A DNA stretch of 64,000 nucleotides from Bispira polyomma (Eukaryota): positions 39,184,001-39,248,000 of the forward strand of contig OZ287751.1 of NCBI GenBank assembly GCA_965649765.1. Reading direction: 5' to 3'. Position numbers and translations under genes: made by a program. Of this stretch, positions 12,060 through 24,254 are shown one piece after another (the first letter of the stretch is position 1; each line of letters opens with the position of its first letter). A model generated the notes under the pieces. That model was not told the origin of the DNA, did not search any database, and saw only the letters and a program-made list of their open reading frames with translations.

Positions 12060-12700
12060 CTTTGATTGTTAGCGAGTGCTCTCTTAGAATAAGGTTACAT
12101 CAAACGTGTTCAGAAAGAAGGCGTCATCCACAAGTAGGAAGTAGTTGACATCACGGGATAGTGGTTCAGGTCTAGGCAGTCTGATGGATCTGTCTTTCAA
12201 CCTTTGTTTCAGTTCTTAATGATTAAAAATTTGTGCGTCTGAGCAGGAACCACTGCAGCCAAGGTCCACCCAAACAAATCAGTAGTCAACATCAACCAGG
12301 GCCAACAGCACAATGGAATGGAACCTTTTGTAGTTGTAAAATTCACTGCCAGCTTTTAGGGGTTTCTTTATGGGTACATGCTTTCTGTCAGTGGGGCCCA
12401 CAGCATAAGGGAAGTTCCATCTGTTTCTTTATACTTTTTTAAATTTCATCCAGTTTGCAGGGGAGGTCAGGCAGGAGAGATTTTCTGCCTCATATTCTCG
12501 GTTAATGGCCTTGCAGATCTCTGGGATGAGCTTGGTGATCGTCGATTTTCCCATCCTAAATGAGTACGACAATGAACTGTAACTCTCCCCACTGGCCAGT
12601 TGCCTCAAGATGAGGTGTGATCCTCTCCTTGATTTCCAGAAATAGATCTGGAGGCAACCTAAAGAAGTTCCTGTATGCAGGGGATAGGGGGGGGGGGAGG
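12060..12700 (-). pseudogene. Harbinger DDE transposase (DDE_Tnp_4-like) remnant
   Basis: Manual minus-strand translation gives YRNFFRLPPDLF...TDRKHVPIKKP..AGSEFYNYKRFHSIVLLALVD.DY*FVWVDLG..GSCSDAQIF...YFLLVDDAF. Confidence 0.88.
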
Positions 12701-12993
12701 CAAGGGGCAGGTGGTGGTCTTGGGTTCAATTCCTGTTGTTTTGCTTGAGCCTGAGCCTTGTCGCTTTCCTGTTCCTGTTGCGGTATAACCATGAGGAAGG
12801 ATATTTATAACTAAAAAAAAATAACAATGACCTAGCCTCTTCATACATTCTCTCTGGTCGATTACTGGTATTGTACTCAATTTTCTACTCAATAATCTAT
12901 TAGTTTTAGAATTCAAAAGTGGTATATATAGGGCCAGTTATCGTTGGCATAACAGTCCCGACTTTGATTTTTAGAGGTCTATCCTGATGACAG

Positions 12994-13091
12994 GGCCTGT
13001 ATTCACGAAAGGACTTAGCCAAGTCTTAGACTTAACTTTTGTGCTAGATTTAAGCCTAAGACCTGGCTAAGTCCCTTCGTGAATACGGCCC
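12994..13091. mobile_element. ~98-bp palindromic MITE with CAG target duplication
   Basis: Arms GGCCTGTATTCACGAAAGGACTTAGCCAAGTCTTAG and CTAAGACCTGGCTAAGTCCCTTCGTGAATACGGCCC. CAG on both sides. Confidence 0.75.
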
Positions 13092-14328
13092 CAGTGTTAC
13101 AGATCCGTCAGATCCTATTGCTGATACTAATCGGGTCGGAGAGGTCGGGGCATGTTTAGGTTTAAAGTCGTATGACCTTTAAGGTCGATCGGGATCGATG
13201 TCCAATCAAAATGGGATGCAATCAGTTCAATCTTGAAAGTCGCCCCACATTTTAATTTTCCCGTTAAAAAATGAAATCAATTGATTTTATCACCCTGATC
13301 TCAAAAGTGGGCCCATTCTTCCGATCATACTTGTGAGTGGAACCCACATAAGGTTTTGAACCATACAGACCTGTTTATAGAGGTCACTTTGTGTGACTCT
13401 TTTGGTCTCAACAGAGTTACTGGTAAGGTTTTGTATGATGCAGATCTGTTTCAACGCCACCTTTATGACTCCAACATGTGTTTTGCTCTTTATCTGTCTG
13501 GTTTAGAACCTTTAAATGTATTGTAAATGTATAGAAAACCTGAAGTCAGAAACTATCGTCACAAAGGTCACTGACAATTTTACACGTTTTCCTAAAAAAA
13601 ACCCGATATGTTTATACTCCTTGACGTGTATGGAAACAGTACTTATAAGATAATTCACTTTTAAAGATGAAAATGTTATCTCTAATTTTCACTGAAATAT
13701 TTAATTGTGAAATTAAAGATTAAAATTTCAAAAGAAAAATAAATCTGTACGACAAAGACATTATTTAAACTCTATGCCCAAGATGTACGTGTGTCAACAT
13801 GTTAATACAAATACTTTCCTTTATATATATTTATAATAATAAAACAACTTTACAGAAAGTCAATGTATATTTTACTGTGAGAGGAGTGAATAGTTGTCAT
13901 CATTTGATCACAGTCCCTAGTTTAAATTCAATGTGTACAGTGACCTTACACTGCATATACTAATATGGTAGAATTCTATATCTGTGTAGACATGTGTGTA
14001 GAAAGTTGGGAAAATGGAAAGGACATCATGTACCTTACTGATTCACCACACCATACTGTACTTTTTTAAGTTATTTGGTGTCACCGTAACATATTTATAT
14101 CCGTGTAGTATATTGTAAAGTACTGGAATCTCCATATGGCTGAACAGAATGATATTAAGAGAGATTAGATTTAGTCAACAAGCACATAGTTCAAAGTATA
14201 TAGCATTCAGTATTCATCCAATCTGTAGTTTGTTTACCAACAACATTTACTGTTATTTTTGTTTATGATGACATTGCAAAAAGTGGCTTTTTATTAGCAG
14301 ATAAAAGTTTGTTTTGCACAATACAAAT

Positions 14329-17300
14329 ATGTTCGCATCAATCAGTGGAAATCACCTGAAAAGGATCATGCTCGGCCTTACAGTTGTCTTGGGGTGTTTG
14401 TGCGGAAATAGTTTAGCTTTAACAGGCGACATTTTAATAACAGCTATTCCAAGGACAGCAGTCGAACCAGGGATTTTAATATCACAACAATACAAAGTAC
14501 ATTCAACATATCAAGTCAAATTGGAAATTTTTATCGGTGAGTATTCGTCTTTTTTTTTTCTCCCCGACCGTGCTTTATTTAAAATAAGGGCTTTATGGTT
14601 TTTCTGATAATACATTGACATATTGTATCAGTAAAAAGAAAAATTTAATTTAAAGTTGATATTTTGTTTGAGTTTGTTGCATTTAAAAATTACCTTATGG
14701 ATGTTTTGATGGATGACATTTAGAATTTGAACCTTTACATGTATTCTGTATACAACACAAACACAAAACAATTTTTGCTTGAATGTTTCAATATCTCTCA
14801 AACATTTGGCCCTGACTTTTGAGTTAACTTTAATTTAAAACTTGAAATTAATGCCATTGTAAATTTGTATTTTCCTTATATAATCTTCTAACATTAAGAC
14901 CAAAATCCTTACTAATGTTGATGTTGAAAAATGACATATTTGTATTTTCAAGTCTTATATAATAGCATGGCATTGTATGTCTATATATAGACCATTAAGA
15001 CCCCAACCTAATCCCTCCTGTCTTAAGACCCCCCCCCCCCTAACCTAATCCCCCTTGATTTAAAACCCCCTAGTTTAATCCCTCCTGGCGTAGAACCCCA
15101 TTGAACGCTTTGTTGATATCTGTGAGCATTGGTCGTGCCATCACGAAAGCTTGTTCATGAGTGTTTTTCAGATTGCACCTATCAAGAGATATATGTGTCA
15201 TATAAGCATGAAATGTACTTAACTCTGTCTCAGGGACATGCTCAGTGTCAAAGGCCTCATTTATATTTCAGATTTTACTGAGCAGTTTATCAAACATAAT
15301 ATGTAAAATTATGTAACCATCATTGCATTACTGTGATTAAACTGGGGACTTTCACTAGTACAACGCCCCAACCACTACGCTAGAGCTAGGAGACCTTACC
15401 TGGAAAGAGTTCCAGATGCTTTGTTCTGAAACAACTGATACATTTATTGTTGTTTTATTGACTCTCTTGTGTATGCTGTGTTTAGATATGATACACTTGG
15501 CCTATGTTACACATGATACACTTGGCTTATGTTACTCAACAGATTTAAACTGTCCCACCAGCTATGAAGCCTACACCCACATTATCAAGCCACTGGCTGA
15601 ATATTACTCCACAGACAGTAGACTGGTAATACTGGCCCATCTCTATCCTCTACCATACCACAGGAATGCCATGTTGTCTACTCAGGTAAGAACAACATAC
15701 CACAGGAATGCCATGTTGTCTACTCAGGTAAGAACAACCATACCACAGGAATGTCATGTTGTCTTCTCAGGTAAGAACAACCATACCACATGAATGTCAT
15801 GTTGTCTACTCAGATAAGAACAACCATACCACAGGAAAGTCATGTTGTCTACTCAGATAAGAACAACCATACCACAGGAAGGTCATGTTGTCTACTCAGG
15901 TAAGAAAAACCATACCACAGGAATGCCATGTTGTCTACTCAGGAAAGAAAAAACCGTACCACAGGAAGGTCATGTTGTCTACTCAGGTAAGAAAAACCAT
16001 ACCACATGAATGCCTTGTTGTCTACTCAGGAAAGAAAAACCCGTACCAAATGAATGCCATGTTATCTACACATTAAGAACAACCAAAATTTAAAACCTAT
16101 CTCTTCAAACATGCTTAGCCCCTCAATTTCCACCTTGTACACCCCCGTATCCATCCTTACAACCTTGTCTATGTTTTTACAAATTTCTCGATTAGTTTAT
16201 TGATTTTGTTTGTTGTCAATAGGGCACCTTAAAATTGCAAAATACAAATACATAAAATACAAGATATTTTAGACGTTGAAATAGTCTTTATTGGGATTGA
16301 ACTGAACGTTGTGTTACCTATAGCCTTGTTGTTTTAATTCAAGTTAGTGTGATTTGTCAAGTTCTCTAATAGAGAAGGGTACTGAACAATGATTTGCAGT
16401 AGTTCAACCCACCAGTTCTGTCGTACCTGTCTGTGTAAATATCACTCTTGTTTACAACGATATACAGAGATATTTATCAGGAAAGTTGGTAGAGCACATG
16501 TCACACAATGAAAATGACTTTTACATTGCTCGAGGAAGAAGGTAAATACAGCAAAAAATAGAGAGCAAAATCTCTCTAACTATGTAAAAACAAAAAGGTT
16601 TTACCCTAGAAAGTAATTTGCAAGTGGGCTTTGAAGTTTTATAACCTAATTGCTAGACCACACCAGAAGTGAATGGCAGCGGGCAAGTGGGACTGAAGTA
16701 AAATCTCTCGCTGCTTCTTTTTGGGATGATCACTTTGCAATATTTTGTTTTTGATTAAATACATATGAAATATTATATATAATTTGTATATGCCACAAAA
16801 CACTTTTTCTTCTTTTCTTTGTAGGAGATTTATTTTTAGTTCACAATTTTTTTTTTGAACACCAGAAAATGTATCTCTTTATGACAATAATTACAAAGTT
16901 TTATGGCCAAAAATTTATATATAATTTTTATGGTAACCTTATATGTTGACAGAAGTCCTAAAGTTTATACTTCTATAGTATACTTGCTGGTGATCCAATG
17001 ATGAACATTAACCGATAACTGGGCAAACTTCCGGGTCATTTAGAGAACAGCAATGTTTGATATGATGTACATCAGTTTTAGTTTGGTCTGTGTTTAATGT
17101 ATCGTTGGGTCTTGTTGATTCGATGGCCTTCTTAATTCGATATTTGATGTTTTTCTTTATTAACCAAACACGTTTAGTGACATTTACATGCCAAAAAGAT
17201 ATTTTAACATATTTGGATTAAAATACAGCTCCAGTTTTCGCCAAGAAAGGTAATTTTTAAGGTGAAATAAGCCAACAAAAAATGGTTAAAACTATCGAAT

Positions 17301-20300
17301 TTACAAGACACCAGTATAGCAGGTCCTTGTGTCAAATCAGGATGGGCAGTAATACACTTGTGGAGGAAACCAGAGTAGGGTAGTTAGTCAGTGTTCTGCT
17401 CTCTAATCCACTAGAGTATATAGATATACAGTAGAATTATACATTGGCTTATTCTATGGAAATTCTATGTTTGTGTTGTTTTAATCTGTCTTCTCATTAC
17501 AATTAGGGAGCCTTTACAGTGATGGAGTATAACCCGGCGATGGTCTTGCCATACATAGAAGCTGTAATGGCAAAATGGGACCAACTCTCAACCTCCAATA
17601 CCAGAAACCTGTCGGAATATGAAGTGCTTCAGTAGGAAAAGAATTTTTTTTTAAATTAATGTAGATATATTGAATAGATATGGAAACCTATTTGCAGGTG
17701 CTATTTGTTATCTCGTAATTATGAGATAAACTATTTCCTGTTTTAAAATATTTTGTTCTCGTAATTACGAGATATGTTTTATTTAAAACCCAAACCGAAT
17801 GTTATAAGTCGTAATTAAGCGTCCCTTGAAAAGGGCACTTAGTTGGTTTCACCCCTGGTTTCCTCGCTGCCGCCGCCGCCGCCACCGCCACCGCATGGTC
17901 TTCCTTGAATATCTCCTTCAATATTATCTGCATCAAAATTATTTTTGGCAGTTCTCTTAACCAGGAGTGGGAAATTTTTTTGATATTCTTGGCTTTGAAC
18001 TTTGGCCTACTTAAATGTCAGGTGACCCTAGGGGTGTAAAAGTGCTTGTCCCTAGGTTTTCTCAGAAAGTATTCATCATAGCTCAATGAAATTTGGTATG
18101 TACCTTGGTAAGGCAATTTTGAGGATGGGAGACGCTGATGAGATTAATCGGATGATAATTGACCGATTGTCAACCGATTGATTTTTATTGAAATGCGAAA
18201 AATCGGTACTTTTTTGCTATCTCAGAAACTATTGGGATTTCGGCTTTTTCTTGGTATAAGTTATTCATCTACTTTTTGATTTTATGTATGATATAAAAAT
18301 CTCACAGTTCTAAGTCCAGTACTCAATGAGTACTGAGTACTTCAAATGAGTAGTTTGCTCTATTTTGCTCTATCTTGCACTTTTATCAACTTTTTTTTGA
18401 AGTACTTGTCATAGTTCAATGAAATTTAGCATGCACGTTGCAAATACCAAAGCATAGATGTCCGTAAATTTTTAGATCAATCTGGTGATAATTGATTGAT
18501 TGACAGGGTCGATCAAGCATACAAAATGGGGAAAAAAATGTGTTGATGGGTGCTTTTTTGAGCGTGTGAGGATTTTTTTATTTTTAATTTTAGACCAATA
18601 CATGCATCGCGTAACTTTTAAAGAATAGCCAGAATTTTTATTTATTTTTTACCCCATTCAAAAATATGCGATTGTTACTGAGATAAAACGATTTCAATTT
18701 CAAAAATTTTAAAAATTAAGGTTTTTTTTAAAGCGTTCATTATCTCGGAAACGGTGCTAGATAGAGCGATTTCGAGCTCATTTTCGACCCACAGGGTTGA
18801 TTTTGCTTATATGTAAACTTTAAAAGAATGTTCAATTTGGGCGGCCATCTTGAATTTCTGCGTCTTTTTCGAAAATGTCAAATATCTCGGAAACGGTGCT
18901 AGATAAAGCGATTTCGAGCTCATTTTCGACCCACAGGGTTGATTTTGCTCATATGTAAACTTTCAAAAAATCTTCAATTTTGGCAACCATCTTGAATTTC
19001 TGCGTCTTTTTCCAAAATGTCCGTTATCTCAGAAACGGTGCTAGATAGAGCGATTTCGAGCTCATTTTCGACTTACAGGGTTGATATTGCTCATATGTAA
19101 ACTTTTGAAAAAATGTCCAATTTTAGCGGCCATCTTAAATTTCTGGGTCTTTTTCGAAAATGTCCAATATCTCAGAAACGGTGCTAGATAGAGCGATTTC
19201 GAGCTTATTTTCGACTCACAGGATTAATTCTGCTTATATGTAAACTTTAAAAGAATGTTCAATTTGGGCGGCCATCTTGCATTTCTGCGTCTTTTTCCAA
19301 AATGTCCTTTATCTCAGAAACGGTGCTAGATAGAGCGATTTCAAGCTCATTTTTGACCCACAGGGTTGATTTTGCTTGTATGTAAACTTTCAAAAAAAAT
19401 TTAAATTTTGGCGGCCATCTTGAATTTCTGTGCTTTTTTCGAAAATGTTCGTTATCTCGAAAACGGTGCTAGATAGAGCGATTTCGAGCTCATTTTCGAC
19501 CCTCAGGGTTGTTTTTGCTTATATTTATACTTTTAAAAAAAGTTCGATTTTGGTGGCCATCTTGAATTTCTGCGTCTTTTTCGAAAATGTCCTTTATCTC
19601 GGAAACGGTGCTAGATAGAGCGATTTCAAGCTCATTTTCGACCCACAGGGCTGATTTTCCTTATATGTAAACTTTTGAAGTAATATTTGATTTGGGCAAC
19701 CATCTTCAATTTCTGCGTCTTTTTCGAAAATGTCTGTTATCTTGGAAATGGTGCTATATAGAGCGATTTCGAGCTTATATTTGACCAAAAGTGCTGATTC
19801 TGCTTATATGTCAACTTTTAAACAATATCAAACCTTGTACACTAAACAATTTCATTATTATTTTAACTTTAGGGACGCTTCGTTTTTGTTATCAAAAACC
19901 AAAAATCTAGTTACATTCTTGTCATTACTATGTTTCTACAAATATTGGGGGGCGGCGGTGGCCTAGTCGTTAGCAAGCATTGCGCTTCACAATCACTGGT
20001 CTCTCACCTCTGGGATCGGCTGGCGTGGGTTCGACTCCCGTCGATGCCTATGTGTGAAAGGTGGTAGTTCCTTACTGTGGGCCGCTGGTTTCAATGCAAA
20101 ATCTTGATCAACTGTATACGGTGTTTCCTCCAGCGTTTCCAACTACTCGTCCCAATATAAGCTAAACAGATACTAGAGTGGATAATAAATATCCCAATTC
20201 AATTGAAAAAAAAATTCTACAAATATTGGCTCTCTCCTAATGAGAGCGTTATTAATAAAGTTTCAATAGAGATTCTATCTGCTTAAAATAAATGTGGGCT

Positions 20301-23238
20301 ACACAAGTATTAATAATCATAGACTGTTAGGGCCTATGTATCATGATTAGGGCTTAAAATACTTTACCAGACACTGTTTTGTTTGAGATTATATTTTGTT
20401 AGAAGTATTTTATTGGGCAATTTAAAACTTAACAATGCGTTCATATACACCTTGTGTAATATATGAGTACATTATAAACAGTCTTAAATATGAAAAGAAA
20501 ATGTGAAAAATCTGGTTTGGACAGATTGGCATAAAATGCTATTTTATTTTATTTTTATATAAAAAAGAAAAATTATTTGATGAAACTTTCCTAATATTTA
20601 CTGTCTTTTTATTGTTGACATAATGTTGAAATACATATAAAACTGACATTTTTTGGCTTGTATCAGTCAAGTGCATGCATTTTTGTTTGTGTATTTTTAA
20701 AAAGGTACATAACTGTGCTAGCTGTACAATCTACAGGGATCAGTGGAGAGGACTTCAGAGCTCACATAGACACATACAGGAGTCATGTACAGAAAGTCTG
20801 GAAATATGGTGCTAAACGTGAGTGTTTGCCCTCTTCTTATATACCGTAAACATGCACAGTTAACATGGTAGAATCTAATGCTGTGGTCACACTGGCCTTA
20901 CGTTTCGATTAAGCACAAAAAATGTCTAAAAATATAACACATATAAGTGAAACATTAGAATTTGCATAGTGAACGTAGTGTACTTAAGTGAATAGGTGAG
21001 TAAGATGGTCCCTTAAATTCAACATTTCGTGCTGCACAGAATTTACCTCTGTTGGGGGAGTTATTGCTGATCTCCACTAAAACGGTTGGTGCGTTCGCAG
21101 GTAACTAATCTGAAGTGTCATCACCTTCCAAACAATGGCAATAAATCATTGCTTTGTAATTAAATCAATATATTTAACATCACAACAAAATGCCCTCTCA
21201 ACCCTTTAAAACAGTAGGGTACGACAGACTTCTTGCAAGATAAACAACAGTTGTCTTATTAAAAAGACATCGGCACACAGTGTAACTACCAGTGTGACAG
21301 GGTTGGTTGCTTCCAACCAATCCATGAAGGCCTTACATATTATTTCCAACATGGCGGTTGTGCCTGATAATCGCCTGGTAATATAAATCTGACACCCCTC
21401 AGTTTGGACGGGTCGATTGCTTTCAAATCAATCCAAATGGTATTTCTAAGATGGCAGCAGCCTGTTAAATGGTGGTGTCCTTGTGAGAGTGAAAACAACA
21501 TCAGGCTATGCCTGACAAAAACACCTCACTAGGGTTGTTGTTTTGTGTGTGCGTGTGTAAAACATTAGACAGTTCAGAGACATTCCAAACATGACTCCTC
21601 TATGTACGTATTAGTGGTGCTTGGTATTTATCATGACAGCAGTTTGTGCCCCCGACAACTTCACTGTTTCCATTTTCTCCCTCATAATTCAGTTTTGCTC
21701 CATTTTTCCCCATTTCATCCCTAGTGTGCAGGCAGCCATTCTTCCATGTCTGGACTTTTTCCCAGGACTTTACCACTGCCGCCATCAGTGTTTAGATATG
21801 GCCATTTATTGATGGATGTATCCTTCCGAGAATTTTGCAAAATCTGGCTAAATTGATAAATGTTGTTTAGCTGGGATTTTGTGGGCGGGAAATCAAGAGA
21901 AGAAGGAGGAAATGTGTGCAGAAGGGAAGACTAATGAGGTTTTATGGAGATTGTTTGTCAACGGCAAATATGAAAAAGGGGGAAACTTATTAAGTTAGAA
22001 GATCCCAAGATATCAACTTTAGAATGTCAAAGTGGGACTTGTAGTTCGATTGAGAGGACTCAGATGCCTATAATAATCCAATGGAAAAATGGTCAAGTAA
22101 AAATGCTGAAACTATGCTAAAAGGATGGAAAGGCATGGCCATTTATTTTATCTGTTGATAACACAAAATTAGAATGTCAGTATTGTGTAGGAATGAAAAT
22201 GGCTGTAATAATGATAACAATAATAATTATACTTATCAGCAATATTATAGTGTTCTTATTGAATCATGCATAATAATCTAACATGCAACCAGTTATGCTT
22301 TAAAATCATACATAAAATCCCAACCCAAACGAAGAATTCACCATCTGTTGTGTGTTTTATCAATGTTACCTTTTTTGTCATCTTTTTTACAAACGTTTTA
22401 TAGCGTTACCAAGAATTAAGGGTGGTTCTCACAATGCGGTATGCAATACACAATGTGTGGTATTTAAGCAGCTATAATAACATTCCTTGGTGCAAGGTAC
22501 AGTAAATATGTGATTCTGGCATGTGAAACCCCTTCAACTGTGAGGACTTGAACCATGAATTCACCAGAATAAACTCCCTTTTTAATACCTCCTGTACTTT
22601 GACCTACTTTTTAGAGACCACTTCCCCAACCATGAATTTCACCAGATCAAACTCCATTGTCTTTATGCCTTTGGTACTTTGACCTCCTTTCAGAGACTAC
22701 TTCTCTAACCATGAATTCCACCAGATCAAACTCCCTTGTATCTATACCTTCTGTACTTTGACCTCCTTTCAGAGACCACTTCTCCACACATGAATTCCAC
22801 TAAATCAAAGTCCTTCAGCCTTATACCTGCTGTGATTGCCACCTCTCTGATCAAGGGTTTGATTCTCACACCACAGCATGTGTGTGGGAAAGTTGGCATG
22901 CAGTACACTTTCTGAAGGCCAATAGTTCTCAGTGCTGAAAAAATCTTTAACAAATACCCTGTACTGCGTTGATCCAGCTATACACTACCAATTGTGATGT
23001 ATTACATAGTTGTTGAAATTGGTGTTAATCCGTACATTCATTGACACCTTGTTATGTAAAAGCTTATTTGTTTTATTGATGTCTTGTACAAGGTGGTGTT
23101 GCTGCGACTCCAACATTTTTTATCAATGGGATACAAATGAATCTGCCCGATGACAGTACGTTACCCATGGACAAATACTTGTGGATAGGGTATATAGATG
23201 ATGTGCTCAAGGAAATGAATGACATTGTAAATTATTGA
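14329..23238 (+). CDS. A1: secreted DsbA/thioredoxin-fold (Thioredoxin_4-like) protein, CxxS; exons 14329-14536, 15543-15685, 17507-17631, 20705-20817, 23093-23238
   Basis: GT-AG junctions give one open frame: signal-like LGLTVVLGCLCGNSLA, then LEIFIDLNCPTS, YPLPYHRNA, KYGAKRGVAATPTFFING. Internal exon lengths (143, 125, 113) and phases match paralogue A2. The start could instead be ATG 14368. Confidence 0.88.
14997..15098. repeat. C-rich short tandem repeat (about 30 bp, 3-4 copies) in A1 intron 1
   Basis: AAGACCCC..AACCTAATCCCTCCTG repeated. Confidence 0.6.
15651..16085 (+). repeat. 43-bp minisatellite, 10 copies, spanning the A1 exon 2 splice donor
   Basis: Unit ACCATACCACAGGAATGCCATGTTGTCTACTCAG|GTAAGAACA. 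The first copy is the true exon end. Confidence 0.95.
16088..16260 (+). mobile_element. Short 3' remnant of an L2-like LINE
   Basis: AAAACCTATCTCTTC (KTYLF) as at 62960, followed by an AATAC-type tail. Confidence 0.5.
17815..19912 (+). mobile_element. Complete Helentron/HINE-type element with 8 copies of a 142-143-bp repeat, in A1 intron 3
   Basis: 5' subterminal IR AGCGTCCCT (17818) with an adjacent short IR, (GCC)n microsatellite, central tandem array 18720-19810, 3' subTIR AGGGACGCT (19871), hairpin GTTTTTG-TTAT-CAAAAAC, then CTAGTT. Confidence 0.82.
19947..20214 (+). mobile_element. Full-length tRNA-derived SINE with target-site duplication
   Basis: A box GGTGGCCTAGTCGTTAG, B box GGGTTCGACTCCC, A-rich tail, TSD TTCTACAAATATT at 19934 and 20215. 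Confidence 0.9.
22552..22850. repeat. ~78-bp minisatellite, about 4 copies, in A1 intron 4
   Basis: ACCATGAATT(T/C)CACCAGATCAAACTCC...TGTACTTTGACCTCCTTTCAGAGACCACTTC repeated. Confidence 0.85.
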
Positions 23239-23770
23239 CTACCATTTTCTGGGGGTCATTGAACATGAACAGAGGTAACAAGAGAAATGTCAATGCAAAA
23301 GCTAGTGTGTGGCAGTTAGATGGACATTTTTTTTGTGATAAAAGAAAAACCAAGTAATTTTTAATTGGAAAGCATTTTAGACAAAATTCAAATATTTCAA
23401 TAAGGTTTAATATTTGGTAACAAAAAATATTCAATAAAAATAAGAATTATACAGGTATCAGGTCTTCCTTATAGCTGATGTAAGCAATGTAATTTTGAAA
23501 AATGCCTGAATTTTAATTTCTGTCTTTACATGAACTTACAAAGGTACACACAGTGAAAAACTATTATCTTGATTAGCTTTGATATAACACGTATTACCAT
23601 CAATTCACTGTATTTTGTAAGAAAAACTGATGCTTTTGTAAAACAAAAATCAAAGTCAGGTGGCTATCAAAAATTCATAATTTTAGTAGCAGGTAACGAA
23701 TAAAATTGTCATTCCACAGGATTAGTGGGGGCTAAAATGGCCTAGTTGTTTTTATTCGTCTGCTTTAATG

Positions 23771-23947
23771 CAGTGAAACTTGTATATAAAGGCCACCCAA
23801 GAGAACACTGAAAAGTGGTCTTTATTGACGGGTGGTCTTTATATAGAAGTTAATTATTAATAAATATTAGTCCATTAAAATCATAACTGTGGTTTTTATA
23901 CAGAGGTGGTCTCTCTATAGAGGTGGTCTGTTGAGCAGGTTTCACTG
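23771..23947. mobile_element. Tc1/mariner-type MITE
   Basis: TIRs CAGTGAAAC(T/C)TG and internal GGTGGTCT repeats. TA follows the right end. Confidence 0.7.
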
Positions 23948-24254
23948 TATTACTAGCCTTTGACCTATAAGACAGTTTAAAGATTGAATTCCACTGCTTC
24001 TTTCATGCGAGAAAGGTTGCCTGGTAGTTGCCAATGTCGCTGGTTTGCAGTAAAAACTACAAAGTTTGGCCATCACAATATGACAAGAGATGTTGAAAGT
24101 AAAAAAATAAGTAAATTCCAAAGGATTATCGAAACTGCACTGCTGTAATCTTTAACCTTTTTCAGTTACTTCAAGGCTTTAAATTAGTACTTTCATCAGA
24201 TGGCCGGGGATAACAAGCTTGTTGTGGTAAAATAGAACCAAAATTAACCAGAAA

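Larger units (their letters stand above)
9396..13348. mobile_element. Degenerate PIF/Harbinger DNA transposon (termini uncertain)
   Basis: Convergent MADF-like ORF and DDE transposase remnants with CpG-rich subterminal regions. Only weak TIR similarity (TGGTGGTTTCA versus the reverse complement of TGGAACCCACA). Confidence 0.7.

Noticed and set aside
15651-16085. CRISPR-like appearance of the regular short repeats (also 42300-42570 and 59011-59414)
   Set aside because: Units are contiguous with no unique spacers, the context is eukaryotic, and there are no cas genes.
16088-16260. LINE insertion as the general cause of the junction arrays
   Set aside because: A LINE tail abuts only the A1 array. 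The L1 and L2 arrays have no comparable neighbour.
19947-20045. tRNA genes at the A/B-box sequences
   Set aside because: No full cloverleaf, and they are followed by a shared SINE body, tail and TSD.
22552-22850. A fourth splice-junction array
   Set aside because: It lies about 240 bp upstream of A1 exon 5 and shares no sequence with any modelled exon edge.
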